Position numbers and translations under genes: made by a program. Positions 23,775 to 34,654 of a stretch of 64,000 bases of DNA are shown here, in pieces. The DNA lies in assembly GCA_963706955.1 (NCBI GenBank), contig CAVPOC010000008.1:1044293-1108292 (forward strand), read 5' to 3'. The DNA comes from an uncultured Verrucomicrobiae bacterium (GTDB lineage: Bacteria; Verrucomicrobiota; Verrucomicrobiia; Chthoniobacterales; Terrimicrobiaceae). Each line of letters starts with the position of its first letter. Within the stretch, counting starts at the first letter, position 1. A model generated the notes under the pieces. The model searched no databases, was not told the DNA's origin, and was given only the letters and a program-made list of their open reading frames with translations.

Positions 23775-24062
23775 TCTTTAATACTTAAGTATGCGCAAAT
23801 ACCGCCGGTTTGCAAAAAATGTTGCGCGTGAAGGGGTTACAATATAACACGTGTTAAGATATTGGCACCAATAAGGGCTTGATTTCCATGGCTCATAGCC
23901 ATGCGCCCAAAACGGGGAAGCCACCAAAAAAAAAGTTTTGCGCCACCCACGTTGAGGCCATCGTTATAAGTATGGTTACACCTTCAAGGATGAGGCGCGG
24001 AGTGGTTTACTCTAACAAGTTATCGCGCTTGGCGTTGCGCCAAGCCAAAGGCTCCTCGCCTT

Positions 24063-24073
24063 TGTAACCATGG
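24063..24073. repeat. Putative attR core TGTAACCATGG
   Basis: Direct repeat of 12488-12498. Confidence 0.65.
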
Positions 24074-24408
24074 TTTTTAGAAAGGCTCGAATAGTCACGT
24101 CGGGGCCTAAATTTGTCGAGCCACCGTTGGATCAAGAGAACGCACGCTTGGCGCGTGCGGGCCGGCGGCTGCCGGAGCGTCTCCGGTGAACGCACTAGTT
24201 GAGGCGCAGCGCTCATGCGAAAATAGGGTTCGGCCGTGTAGCGGCTTTGGCTACAGATCCTTCGATACGACTCCGAAGGGTCACAGCCGGGACGAGTTCG
24301 CTCCCCAGAACATGTGCTCTGGAAAACGTACGAGGCGCGCAGATTTCGCGTACTCCATTCTTGCCTTCACGGCCGCCGGAAAAATAACGTCCGCTCACCT
24401 TTGGAGAG

Positions 24409-25398
24409 ATGACAGGCATTGAGATAATCGTTGGCATTGTCCTGGGCGTCACCGCGTATCTCTTGCTGCGCGCGTTGATGATGGGCTTCTTTACAGTGGC
24501 GCCGAACGAACGCGCCGTGCTGACGAGCTTTGGCCGGGCTCAACGCATCGGACGAGCCACCACGCTCGATACTCCGCTAGCCGACGACCTCCCCGAAGCA
24601 GATCGAGAACGCTACAGCTATCCGCAACTACACGTCATTGGCCCGGGCGGTCCCTATTTTCGGTGGCCCTGGCAACGAGTGCATAAAGTTAACGTCGCGA
24701 TTTCCACAGCCAGCATCGCCTTTGATCCCGAAACCCCGGAAGCAAATCAAGGAGGTCTGGTGCTTGAGGCAGTCACCCAGGATCAGCTTAACATTGGCTT
24801 GAGCGGACAAATTCGCTTCAGTGTGAGCGAAGGCAATCTTTATGCGTTCCTCTTCGGGGTAAAAAACCCGATTGCGCATGTGATGGGATATTTCATCTCC
24901 GTTCTGCGGGAGCGCATCGCGAATTTCAAGGCACCGCGCGAGGATGGAGCGCTTGCGCCGGAAGACCTCCGCTTTGAGGGCATTTCCATTAACGATCTTC
25001 GAAAGAATGTGAATCTTCTTAACGAGCAAATGGACCTCGAGTGCCGCAGCTCGGCGGCACGTTACGGGATCACGCTCGACGCCTCATTGATCACTGGGAT
25101 CGACCCGCCCCACCAAATCGAAAGTGCCCTCGCCGCCATCAACACCGCCCACAACGAAGTTTCTTCGGACGTCAGCGTGGCGCAGGCGCTTGCCGACCAG
25201 CGGATCGAAGAGTCCAAGCGTGCCGTGGAAATCCAAACTATGAAAGCGGAAGCAGAAGTGGAGCCGCTCAGGTGGCTCGCCGAACAGCTCCAATTGCTGA
25301 AGCAAAGCGGACCGGAGGCCATTCCGGGGTACCTGCGCAATGTTCGGCTCGACCTCTACAAGCGCGCGAAGCGCATCATTCTCGACATGGGACGATGA
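24409..25398 (+). CDS. SPFH/band 7 domain membrane protein
   Basis: N-terminal TM, FFTVAPNERAVLTSFG, C-terminal coiled coil. Confidence 0.85.
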   Translation: MTGIEIIVGIVLGVTAYLLLRALMMGFFTVAPNERAVLTSFGRAQRIGRATTLDTPLADDLPEADRERYSYPQLHVIGPGGPYFRWPWQRVHKVNVAISTASIAFDPETPEANQGGLVLEAVTQDQLNIGLSGQIRFSVSEGNLYAFLFGVKNPIAHVMGYFISVLRERIANFKAPREDGALAPEDLRFEGISINDLRKNVNLLNEQMDLECRSSAARYGITLDASLITGIDPPHQIESALAAINTAHNEVSSDVSVAQALADQRIEESKRAVEIQTMKAEAEVEPLRWLAEQLQLLKQSGPEAIPGYLRNVRLDLYKRAKRIILDMGR

Positions 25399-26306
25399 CT
25401 TTTCTGCTCGCCTTTTTCATCACCCTGATCGTGTGCATCATTCTGGTGCCGCTGGTGACTGGCTTGGGAAAGTTCTTCTGTCTGTTCGCGATCGTGCAGG
25501 AGTGCGAAGCCCACGTTTTTTTGCTCTTTGGACGCGTGATTGGCGTCATCGACGACCCCGGCCTGCATCTGCTCGCCTTTAAGATCGGCCCGCACGCGCT
25601 CCTCATCCGATTTTTCGGCGCAGTGCGGCGCGTCGATCTGCGACTCGATCAAGAATATTTGCGCAGCGAGCCGGTCAACTCGGAAGAAGGGACGCCGATG
25701 GGCATCGGCGTGTGGTACGAAATGCGCGTAGGCAATCCGGCCGATTATCTTTTCCGCAACACTGATCCGCGTGGCTCCTTACGCGCCAATGTTCGCAATG
25801 CCACTGTGCGCTGCCTGAGCAACATGCCGCTGCAAAACCTTCTCGAGGACCGCCACAAGATGAGCCGGCGGGTTCGCGAGGAAGTCTCTCCGAAATCAGA
25901 GGCGTGGGGGTTCCATTTGGGATCTGTTTACATCCGCAAGGTTCACTTTCGAGATGATCAGATGATCCACCAAATCGAGCAAAAAGTGGTCAACCGCCTC
26001 CGACAGGTCACCTCCGCCATCCGCCAACAAGGCGCCAACCAGGTGGCGATCATCAAGAGCGGCGCCGAGCGCACCGCCGCGGCTGAATTTGCGCACGCCG
26101 CCGCCGTTCGCCCGTATCTGGTCGGCAAAGCCATCCAGGAGATCGCCATGGATAAGGAAATCCTCGAGGCTGTCTTTCAAATTCTTGAGACGGAGAAAAT
26201 GCTCGATGGCGACGTCGATTTGACACTCGTCCCCCGCGAGAGCCTGTTCGCCCGTCTTCTCGCGACTCAGGGCGCTGCTTTAGGGGCGGCGCCCGCGCCG
26301 CAGTAG
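25395..26306 (+). CDS. Second SPFH/band 7 domain protein
   Basis: ATGA overlap with the previous gene; TM, FGRVIGVIDDPGLH, WGFHLGSVYIRKV. Confidence 0.85.
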   Translation: MTFLLAFFITLIVCIILVPLVTGLGKFFCLFAIVQECEAHVFLLFGRVIGVIDDPGLHLLAFKIGPHALLIRFFGAVRRVDLRLDQEYLRSEPVNSEEGTPMGIGVWYEMRVGNPADYLFRNTDPRGSLRANVRNATVRCLSNMPLQNLLEDRHKMSRRVREEVSPKSEAWGFHLGSVYIRKVHFRDDQMIHQIEQKVVNRLRQVTSAIRQQGANQVAIIKSGAERTAAAEFAHAAAVRPYLVGKAIQEIAMDKEILEAVFQILETEKMLDGDVDLTLVPRESLFARLLATQGAALGAAPAPQ

Positions 26307-26340
26307 AAAAGCACGGTATTTCCGTTACGGTTAACTCGTA

Positions 26341-27660
26341 ATGGAGTCTGTCGCGCGCAAGATCGTTCGCCGCCTGAGAGAGGCAGGTCATCAGGCCCTC
26401 TTTGCGGGAGGGTGTGTCCGCGATTCCCTAATGGGCAAAACGCCGCACGACTTCGACATTGCTACCTCGGCCCGGCCGGAGCAGGTGCAAGCGCTCTTTC
26501 CGCGAACAATTGCTGTAGGCGCCCAATTTGGCGTCATTCTGGTGGTCGAAGAGGGCCGCGATTACCAGGTGGCAACGTTTCGCTCCGATGGGACCTACCT
26601 CGACGGCCGCCACCCGCGAAGCGTCAGCTTCACCACTCCGGAAGGAGATGCGAGACGCCGGGATTTCACCATCAATGGCCTTTTCTACGATCCGATCGAA
26701 GGGAAGGTGCTCGACTTCGTGGGCGGCCGCGAGGACCTCGAAACCCGCACTCTCCGCGCGATCGGAAATCCTGCGGAGCGTTTCGCTGAAGATAGGTTGC
26801 GCCTTCTGCGCGCAGTGCGATTCGCCACCGTGCTGGACTTCACCATCGAACCCGACACTTGGAATGCGCTCTGCGCCGCGGTCGAAACAATTCACGACGT
26901 CAGCGCCGAACGCATCCGAGACGAACTGGTCAAGATTTTTGCCTCACCTCAACGGCTGCGTGGATTTGATCTCCTCGATGCTAGTGGATTAATGGAGGAG
27001 ATCCTCCCGGAAATCGAGCCATTGAGAGGCTGCGAACAGCCGCCGGATTTCCACCCAGAAGGCGACGTATTCGTCCATACGCGGCTCATGCTGGCGCTTC
27101 TGCCAAAAGACGCTTCTGTGCTTCTGGTCTTGGCGACACTCTTCCACGATCTCGGCAAGCCACCGACAATGGAGCGCGACCAGACGGGACGCATCCGCTT
27201 TAGCGGACATGAGTCGGTGAGCGCGCAGATGACCGAGAAAATCATGCGGCGGCTGCGGTTTTCCAATGAGGAGATCGAGGCCACCACAGCCATGGTCCAA
27301 AACCACATGGTCTTCAAGGATGTCCAAAATATGCGCGTGTCGCGTCTCAAGCGTTTCCTTGCACGTCCAACCTTCGACGACGAGCTCGAGTTGCACCGCG
27401 TTGACTGCTTGGCAAGCCACGGCAATCTCGACAATTACGAATTCCTGAGGCGTCGAAGCGAAGATCTTGCCAATGAACCTCTTATCCCCCCACCACTCGT
27501 CACCGGCCATGACCTCATCGCCTTGGGGTGGAAGCCTGGGCCGAAGTTCAAGGCCGTCCTCGATGCCGTCCAAGTGCGGCAGCTCGAAGGCATCCTGCGC
27601 ACCCGTGAAGAGGCCATCACCTGGGTGGAAAAGGAGTTCCCGGCCATACCCCTCGATTAG
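26341..27660 (+). CDS. cca: CCA tRNA nucleotidyltransferase/poly(A) polymerase family with HD domain
   Basis: GGCVRD, DFDIAT, RRDFTING, EDRLRLLRAVRF, HPEGDV and HDLGK. Confidence 0.9.
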   Translation: MESVARKIVRRLREAGHQALFAGGCVRDSLMGKTPHDFDIATSARPEQVQALFPRTIAVGAQFGVILVVEEGRDYQVATFRSDGTYLDGRHPRSVSFTTPEGDARRRDFTINGLFYDPIEGKVLDFVGGREDLETRTLRAIGNPAERFAEDRLRLLRAVRFATVLDFTIEPDTWNALCAAVETIHDVSAERIRDELVKIFASPQRLRGFDLLDASGLMEEILPEIEPLRGCEQPPDFHPEGDVFVHTRLMLALLPKDASVLLVLATLFHDLGKPPTMERDQTGRIRFSGHESVSAQMTEKIMRRLRFSNEEIEATTAMVQNHMVFKDVQNMRVSRLKRFLARPTFDDELELHRVDCLASHGNLDNYEFLRRRSEDLANEPLIPPPLVTGHDLIALGWKPGPKFKAVLDAVQVRQLEGILRTREEAITWVEKEFPAIPLD

Positions 27661-27767
27661 CGGAGTTCCAGCGGGCGGATCCTTGGCCGTCGGAGATTTC
27701 CTCTTTCAACACCAAAGCGGTCCTGATACAGAAGGAAGCCGGTAGTTGAACGTTGGATTGCTACCTT

Positions 27768-27786
27768 ATATTAGCTAAACTAATAT
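27768..27786. promoter_or_regulatory. Palindromic putative operator upstream of sdhC
   Basis: ATATTAG-N5-CTAATAT ends 4 bp before the sdhC ATG. Confidence 0.45.
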
Positions 27787-27790
27787 CCAA

Positions 27791-28534
27791 ATGTCTGCCT
27801 CCTCCGCTTCCACGACGACCTCCCCAGGAATCTCTCATGCGTTAAATCGGTGGATTTTTTCGTCCATCGGCAAGAAGACCATTGTTGCCGTCACTGGAAT
27901 CGTGCTGGTGCTCTTTGTCATCGGACACATGATCGGCAACCTGACCGTCTTCTTTGGCCGCGATGTAATTAACGCGTACACGATGCATCTTCGCGATCTT
28001 GGTCCGCTGCTTTGGCTGATCCGGCTCTTTATGCTGACCTCCGTGATCCTTCACATCTGGTTCACGATGCTGGTGTGGAAGGAAAACATGGCCGCTCACC
28101 CTCAAAAGTATGCGGTCTTCGCACCGATGACGACGACGATTTTCGCGCGGACGATGCGTCTGACCGGTCTAATCCTTCTGGCTTTCATTGTCTTTCATCT
28201 GGCGCATTTCACGCTGCTGCTGGTCGATCCCGGCTACGCCAACTATCACGCCGATCTGCACGGGAGAGAAGTGCACGATGTCTATCGAATGGTCATCGTC
28301 GGTTTTCGCAATCCACTCGTCAGCCTATTCTACATCGTGGCCATGGCGCTTCTGGCATTCCACCTGAGTCACGGCGTGGCGAGTTTGTTTCAGACCTTGG
28401 GCGTTACGGACCAGAAGATGCGCTTCTACTACGAGACTGGGGGGCAAATCCTGGCTTGGGTCCTGTTTGTTGGCTATATCGCGATACCAGTTTCGGTCCT
28501 TTTCTTCGGCCTTGGCAGTGGAGTTGTAAAATGA
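27791..28534 (+). CDS. sdhC: Succinate dehydrogenase cytochrome b subunit
   Basis: SSIGKK, GHMIGNL, FHLAHF and FHLSHG heme His residues; precedes sdhA. Confidence 0.92.
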   Translation: MSASSASTTTSPGISHALNRWIFSSIGKKTIVAVTGIVLVLFVIGHMIGNLTVFFGRDVINAYTMHLRDLGPLLWLIRLFMLTSVILHIWFTMLVWKENMAAHPQKYAVFAPMTTTIFARTMRLTGLILLAFIVFHLAHFTLLLVDPGYANYHADLHGREVHDVYRMVIVGFRNPLVSLFYIVAMALLAFHLSHGVASLFQTLGVTDQKMRFYYETGGQILAWVLFVGYIAIPVSVLFFGLGSGVVK

Positions 28535-30451
28535 CACTCGACGCGCACATCCCTCCCGGTCCGCTGGAAAGAAAATGGACGACCTACAAGAACAACGCCA
28601 AGATCATTAGCCCAGCGAACAAGCGTAAGTTCAAGCTAATCATCGTGGGAAGCGGATTGGCCGGAGCGTCAGCTGCGGCGACGCTTGGCGAGCAGGGATT
28701 CAATATCGAGTGTTTCTGTTACCAGGACAGCGCGCGCCGGGCGCACTCGATCGCCGCCCAAGGCGGAATCAACGCCGCCAAGAACTATCAGAACGATGGC
28801 GACAGCGTCTATCGGCTCTTCTACGACACCATCAAAGGGGGAGACTTCCGAGCCCGAGAGGCGAACGTTTACCGGTTGGCCGAGGTCAGCGCCGCGATCA
28901 TCGACCAGTGCGTCGCACAAGGGGTGCCGTTTGCGCGCGAATACGGTGGTCTTCTGGCCAACCGCTCCTTCGGCGGCGCGCAGGTCTCCCGCACGTTTTA
29001 TGCGCGCGGCCAAACTGGCCAGCAGCTTCTCCTGGGGGCCTATCAGGCGCTTTGCGCACAGATCACCGCCGGGCAGGTCAAGATGTTTCCGCGCACCGAG
29101 ATGCTCGATCTCGTCCTCGTCGACGGACACGCCAAGGGCATCGTCGTTCGCGACATGGTGACCGGCGAGATTCGCAGCCATGCCGGCGACGCAGTCCTGC
29201 TCTGCACAGGTGGCTACGGCAATGTCTTTTATCTCTCGACCAACGCCAAAGGCTGCAACGTGACCGCCACCTTCCGCGCCTACAAGCGCGGCGCCTTGTT
29301 CGCCAATCCGTGTTACACCCAGATTCATCCGACTTGCATCCCGGTCAGCGGGGAGTATCAATCGAAACTCACCCTGATGTGCGAGTCGCTTCGCAACGAC
29401 GGCCGCGTCTGGGTTCCCAAGCGCAAGGAGGATTGCAACAAGCCTCCCCACGAGATTCCGGAGGAGGCGCGCGATTACTACCTCGAGCGCAAATATCCGA
29501 GCTATGGCAATCTGGCGCCGCGCGATATTTCTTCCCGCAGCGCCAAGGAAGCCTGTGACGAAGGCAGAGGAATCGGTCCGGGCGGACTCGGCGTTTACCT
29601 GGATTTCTCCGATGCCATCAAGCGCCTCGGGCGGAACGTTGTCGAGGAGCGCTACAGCAATCTCTTCGAGATGTATGAGAACATCACCGGCGAAAATGCT
29701 TATGAGCGGCCGATGCGCATTTACCCGGCCGTCCATTACACCATGGGCGGATCGTGGGTGGACTACAATTTGATGAGCAACGTTCCCGGTCTGCACGTCC
29801 TGGGCGAAGCAAACTTCTCCGACCATGGCGCCAATCGCCTCGGCGCCTCGGCACTCATGCAAGGTCTCGCCGACGGCTATTTCGTCATCCCCTATACCAT
29901 CGGCAACTATCTCGCCGGCGAATTCAACAAAAAGCGTCCCCAAACCAGCGATCCCGCATTCCAGCAAACGGAAAAGGAGGTCCGCGAACGCGTCCAGCGC
30001 CTGCTCAGTATCAATGGAACCCGAACTGTCGACAGCTTCCACCGCGAGCTTGGCCTCCTCATGTGGGACAAATGCGGGATGGCGCGCGAGAAGGCAGGGC
30101 TGGAGGAAGCCATCGCGAGGATGCCGAAGCTCCGGGAGGAATTCTGGTCATGATGTCAAAGTCCTTGGCGCCGGGGAAAACATCAACCAATCCCTTGAAA
30201 AGGCCGGACGGGTCGCCGATTTCCTCGAGTTCGGCGAACTGATGTGCCGCGATGCCTTAGATCGCAATGAATCGTGTGGCGGGCACTTCCGTGTCGAATA
30301 TCAAACTCCGGACGGCGAGGCACTGCGCGATGACGAGAATTACGCCCACGTTTCCGCCTGGAAGTACGAAGGCCCAGACAAGGAACCGACCCGAATCAAA
30401 GAACCGCTCGTCTATGAAACCGTAAAGCTGGCGACGAGAAGCTATAAGTAG
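28531..30451 (+). CDS. sdhA: Succinate dehydrogenase flavoprotein (indel near 30150)
   Basis: [35 protein letters not shown] and ESCGGHFR. Confidence 0.95.
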
Positions 30452-30464
30452 GTTGAGAGGTGAT

Positions 30465-30880
30465 GGTTGAGAGTTGAGAGGAACAGCAACGATGTTCAAT
30501 TTCGAAAAACTGGAAGTCTGGCGAAAGTCGATCGAATTCGCTGACCTTGTCTATAAGCTAACGCGTCCCTTCCCGGTGGATGAGCGTTTTGGACTTACAA
30601 ACCAAATGCGACGTGCTTCAGTTGCGGTTTCGTCGAACATCGCCGAGGGAAGCACGCTCTTCGAAGACAGATTACTCCCGGTTCATCGAATTAGCGGCCG
30701 GCTCGCTCTTCGAAGTTGTATCTCAAGCACACATCGGCACCAGGCAAGGATACCTGAAGGAAGAGGCTTTTCAGCTACTACACGCAAGCGCCGAAGAACT
30801 GAGCCGAATGCTAAGCGGATTAAGGTCCTACCTCATAAAAGGCCCCGCGTGACCAATCTCTCAACTCTCAACTCTCAACC
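30465..30880. repeat. 16-bp perfect inverted repeats built of TCTCAAC heptamers, flanking the four-helix-bundle gene
   Basis: GGTTGAGAGTTGAGAG at 30465-30480 / CTCTCAACTCTCAACC at 30865-30880. Confidence 0.85.
30492..30852 (+). CDS. Four helix bundle protein (23S rRNA IVS protein family), one indel
   Basis: [44 protein letters not shown]. Confidence 0.9.
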
Positions 30881-31639
30881 ATGAACTTTACTTTGCGTGT
30901 TTGGCGGCAGAGCGGGCCGAAGGAAAGCGGGCGTTTCGAAGAGTACCCGGCGCATGACATTCCCGCGGATGCTTCCTTCTTGGAGATGTTAGACATTGTC
31001 AACGAAGGGTTGATCGAGAAGAACGTCGAGCCGATCGCCTTTGATCACGATTGCCGTGAAGGAATTTGCGGAACCTGCAGTATCACCATAAACGGATCTC
31101 CCCATGGTCCAGGCCGGGGCACGACGTGTCAGCTCTACATGCGCAAGTTCCATGATCGCGATGTGATCACGGTAGAGCCATTTCGAGCGGCGCCGTTTCC
31201 GGTGTTGCGTGATCTCACCGTCGACCGAAGCGCATTCGACCGTATCATCCAGGCGGGCGGATTTATCACCGAGCGCTGCGGTGCTGCCCCGGACGCGAAT
31301 GCGCTTCCGATTCCTAAACCGATCGCCGACCTTTCCATGGACGCCGCTGCCTGCATCGGTTGCGGCGCATGCGCCGCTGCCTGCCCAAACAGCTCCGCGA
31401 TGCTCTTCGTGAGCGCTAAGACTGGTCACCTTGGTTTGTTGCCCCAAGGCAAAGCCGAAAAGCACCGCCGAATTCTTAAGATGGTTCGCACCATGGACCA
31501 GGAAGGCTTTGGCAATTGCTCGAACTATTATGCATGTGAAGCTGTCTGTCCGGCCGGCATTCCGGCGGCGTTTATCGCGCGGCTAAATCGTGAGTACACT
31601 GTGGCGTCGGCGAGAGAATCGGTCGGCGCGACATATTAG
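30881..31639 (+). CDS. sdhB: Succinate dehydrogenase Fe-S subunit
   Basis: [22 protein letters not shown] and [12 protein letters not shown]. Confidence 0.95.
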   Translation: MNFTLRVWRQSGPKESGRFEEYPAHDIPADASFLEMLDIVNEGLIEKNVEPIAFDHDCREGICGTCSITINGSPHGPGRGTTCQLYMRKFHDRDVITVEPFRAAPFPVLRDLTVDRSAFDRIIQAGGFITERCGAAPDANALPIPKPIADLSMDAAACIGCGACAAACPNSSAMLFVSAKTGHLGLLPQGKAEKHRRILKMVRTMDQEGFGNCSNYYACEAVCPAGIPAAFIARLNREYTVASARESVGATY

Positions 31640-31694
31640 CTTCCATCAATCCTTCGTTGCTCCTGCGGGGTAATTGCTTTACCTGATTGCCCGG

Positions 31695-32741
31695 ATGATT
31701 CCGGTTTCGGACACGCAAGCGAAGCAGACGAACGGCCCACCGGCGGCCGGTTCCTCGCTGTTGCATCATTCGTTGACCCTCTTGCAGGTTGCCGTCACCG
31801 TCGGGCTGCTTTGGTGGCTGTTTCATAACCCTGAGCGCCGCGCCGTGATGGCAGCGGCATTGAAAGCGGCCGATTGGCGTTGGGTCATAGTGGCCATTGT
31901 CGCAGCGGGAGTTTGCGAGTTCTTTGGAATCCTTCGCTGGCAACTTTTCCTGCGCATGCTGCACATCGAGGTGCCGCTTCGCAAAACCTCAAATTTGTTT
32001 TTTATCGGCGCATTTTTTAACCAATTTCTTCCCGGCACGACCGGCGGCGACGTCGTCCGCGTGATTTTTCTTATGCAAGACCACCCGGAGAACAAGACCG
32101 AAGGATTGTTGAGCGTCGCGGTGGACCGTCTGCTGGCAGTGCTGGTGCTGGTGATCATGGGGCTGCTCTTTGCCTGGATCCGCAGCGATTGGTTTGCGAG
32201 CAGTTTTGCGGTTGGCCACCTGATGAAATGGTTCGCGATTACCCTCTTCGTCATGGCGCTCGCACTCGTAGCCTCGTTTGTCCTTACGAGCCGTCACTTG
32301 GTCACTCTGCTCCCGCGGCGTTTTCCCTTTCGGAGGCAGATTATTAAGCTTTCCAGGATTTGGCAGCTGTGTCTGGAGAATCGCCGCGAAGCCCTGCTCG
32401 GCGCGATCTATACCGTCCCGATGTTGTTGGCGTATTTCGCAGCGTTCTGCTTTGTTGCGAAAGCCTTCACCAACAAGGTGAGCTTTTGGGATATGACCTC
32501 GATCATGCCTCTGGTGACAGCAATCTCTTCCCTGCCGATCAGCCTCAACGGGATCGGCGTGCGTGAGGCACTCTTCGAAGAATTGCTGGCACAACTGTGC
32601 GGCGTTTCGCGCGGCACGGGGCTCTTGATCTCTATAACCGGAATGACCGTTTATTTACTTTGGGGATTGGTCGGCGGGTTCTTCTACCTTGGACGAATTA
32701 CCAGGCGCTACCGCGCTTGCAGCGAGACTCCAGGAAAATAA
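31695..32741 (+). CDS. Lysylphosphatidylglycerol synthase TM / flippase-like membrane protein
   Basis: FFNQFLPGTTGGDVVR, DRL and LPISLNGIGVRE. Confidence 0.85.
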   Translation: MIPVSDTQAKQTNGPPAAGSSLLHHSLTLLQVAVTVGLLWWLFHNPERRAVMAAALKAADWRWVIVAIVAAGVCEFFGILRWQLFLRMLHIEVPLRKTSNLFFIGAFFNQFLPGTTGGDVVRVIFLMQDHPENKTEGLLSVAVDRLLAVLVLVIMGLLFAWIRSDWFASSFAVGHLMKWFAITLFVMALALVASFVLTSRHLVTLLPRRFPFRRQIIKLSRIWQLCLENRREALLGAIYTVPMLLAYFAAFCFVAKAFTNKVSFWDMTSIMPLVTAISSLPISLNGIGVREALFEELLAQLCGVSRGTGLLISITGMTVYLLWGLVGGFFYLGRITRRYRACSETPGK

Positions 32742-34538
32742 ATAGCCGCCGGTGCCACGCTCCACCAAAGCCCGGTCCGTCTCCCCTCGGCTATAGTGGT
32801 AAAGGTATAACGGTCACTTAGCGCTCTGATGAAGCGCGGCGGATTGTTGACAAAGGGATTTTCCTCGAGCAGATCGGAGACGGTAGGCGAACCCTCGAGC
32901 AAGCGCTCGAGAAAGCGCAAGAACCAAGGGTTTTGCTCAGCCGTTCCCAAAGCGGCGAACCACATTTGCCAGTCGAGCCGCGGCATGTAGGGAGCTACCC
33001 AGGGAGGAGCACGCCGTGGGTCGCCCGGCTTGAAACGGAAAGAATATGCTTTCCACGTGACTCCATCATCCGATCCCTGAACCAAAATTTCTCTGCGTTC
33101 CTTCGTCATGACCGCAAAAAGCCCATAGCCGTTGATGGTCCGAAACGGAGCCACCCCTTCATAGGCCATCATCAGCGGCGCGAGTAAAGGCATGGGTCGA
33201 CGAAAGGCAGCTGAGAGCGGCACCAGGCTGAGCAGAACGATCGCAACCGCTGCCGCAAGAACAACCTTTCTCGGCAGAAAACGTGCCGGCCGGACGCGTG
33301 GTCGATTGACCCGCGACCTTGACGGCGCCAACCGCCTCCAAACCGCGTCGTCCACGCACATCAAACAGAGAAGCAGCGTCAGCAGATTGAAGAACCCATA
33401 GTTGCCGGTGAGCGCGATCAAGAGCTGAAGCGTTGCGATGCCTCCCACCCCGAACAATCGGATGCGTCTCGGCGCAAACAGGAAAAAGGGAAGCACGAGT
33501 TCGATGGCGAACATCGCCCAGACGCTGATCGTCTGCCAAGTCGCGGGCGACTGTTGCGCAAACCAGGCAAGCGAAGTCGGAAGGGGCTGGGTGAAATAGT
33601 GGTATCTCGAGGGCAGTCCCATCAGCCCAAGCGGGATCGCCACTCGTTAGCTTGACCACGCCGGAAGCGAAAATAAGTCGAAACAGCAACCAGATGATCA
33701 GGAAACGTGCGGGAGGTGGAGGATTCGCAGGCCTTGCCAAACGCAGACCCACCGGCGCGAGAAAAATGCTCATGAATCCGGCTTCGAGCAGCAGAATATC
33801 CCACTGATACTGATAGAAGAGCTGTCCGGCGACAGTGAGCGAAAGGTAGTCGGACCAAAGGAACACCAGACACGGCAACGGCACGAATCCAATAATCAAG
33901 ACGAGGGCCGCAAAAATTCCGGCACCACACCAGGCGTAGAGCGCTGTATCACCGGCGCCTAACCAGCAGACACTAGGAAACTGCAGGAACCCAGCATCCC
34001 CGAGAATTTCGCGCACTCTGTCAAAAAACTCAGCTGCGGGAAGAATTCCCTTTGCTCCATTCAGTCCGGAAAGCTGAACCCAATAGGAAATAAACGCCAG
34101 GAGATAGACCACTCCAAGCAACCGCAAGAATAGCCAGGTGGATATTGCGAATGTTGGCACGCGCACGTCTGCACCCCAAAGGAGTTGCGTCACGCGGGAA
34201 AAGAACATCCGATTCCGAGCAACCGCGCGGTAAGCCGCGTCCGCGGGCCGGGCGAACCAAGACTTCTCGTTATAGAGCGAGAGAAGTGTTCGCCCACTGG
34301 CGGAAGCCGTCGCCAGAGCTGCAAAAACCGCCGGTGCGCCGGACAATCGTTCGCCCGCAGCGCCTACCCACTGGACAGCTTCATTTGATTCTTGCTTCGC
34401 GATGTCGAGGAATTCCTCAGCCGCCTTTTGGGAAGTGAGATAACGAACGCGGTCTCCAGTAGTGGCACGCCAGCGCTCGACCCAACGTGCGCAGAACTTG
34501 CAGTCGCCATCATAAATCAGGGTCGGACGCCGCGCCAT
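32708..34538 (-). CDS. Lipase maturation factor family protein with N-terminal DCC thiol-disulfide domain (indel near 33610)
   Basis: YDGDCKFC; QWDILLLEAG, SGVVKL, TQPLP, YGLFA and MPRLDWQMWF. Confidence 0.88.
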
Positions 34539-34654
34539 TGGCAGCCCACGCTCGGCGCTCGGCTCTCAACATTCAACTCAAAAGCTGGCGAGAGCGCCGA
34601 TCAAGCCACTGGACGCAACTTGAACGTTGAAGGTTACGCCCTAAGAGCTGAGAA

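Larger units (their letters stand above)
12488..24073. mobile_element. Element 1: ~11.6 kb integrative phage-satellite-like element
   Basis: Integrase at the left end, Xis-like gene near the right end, primase/AAA/iterons and capsid genes inside; flanked by direct repeat TGTAACCATGG. Confidence 0.75.

Noticed and set aside
23781..23792. Palindrome ATACTTAAGTAT upstream of the xis-like gene
   Set aside because: Possible operator, but single copy and 12 bp; not enough support.
24409..26306. SPFH pair as part of element 1 or a defence system
   Set aside because: It lies outside the right att repeat next to cca; paired SPFH genes are common.
26341..27660. Nucleotidyltransferase as the missing CD-NTase for TIR-STING
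   Set aside because: Motifs are those of class II CCA/poly(A) polymerase with an HD domain, in housekeeping context about 19 kb away.
28669..30042. Long antisense ORFs (also 38025-39263, 5774-6718, 61840-62544)
   Set aside because: Shadow frames of well-supported genes in GC-rich DNA.
34563..34632. TCAAC(A/G)T heptamer-like imperfect inverted repeat between divergent genes
   Set aside because: Short and imperfect, with no enclosed ORF; probably a dispersed genomic repeat.
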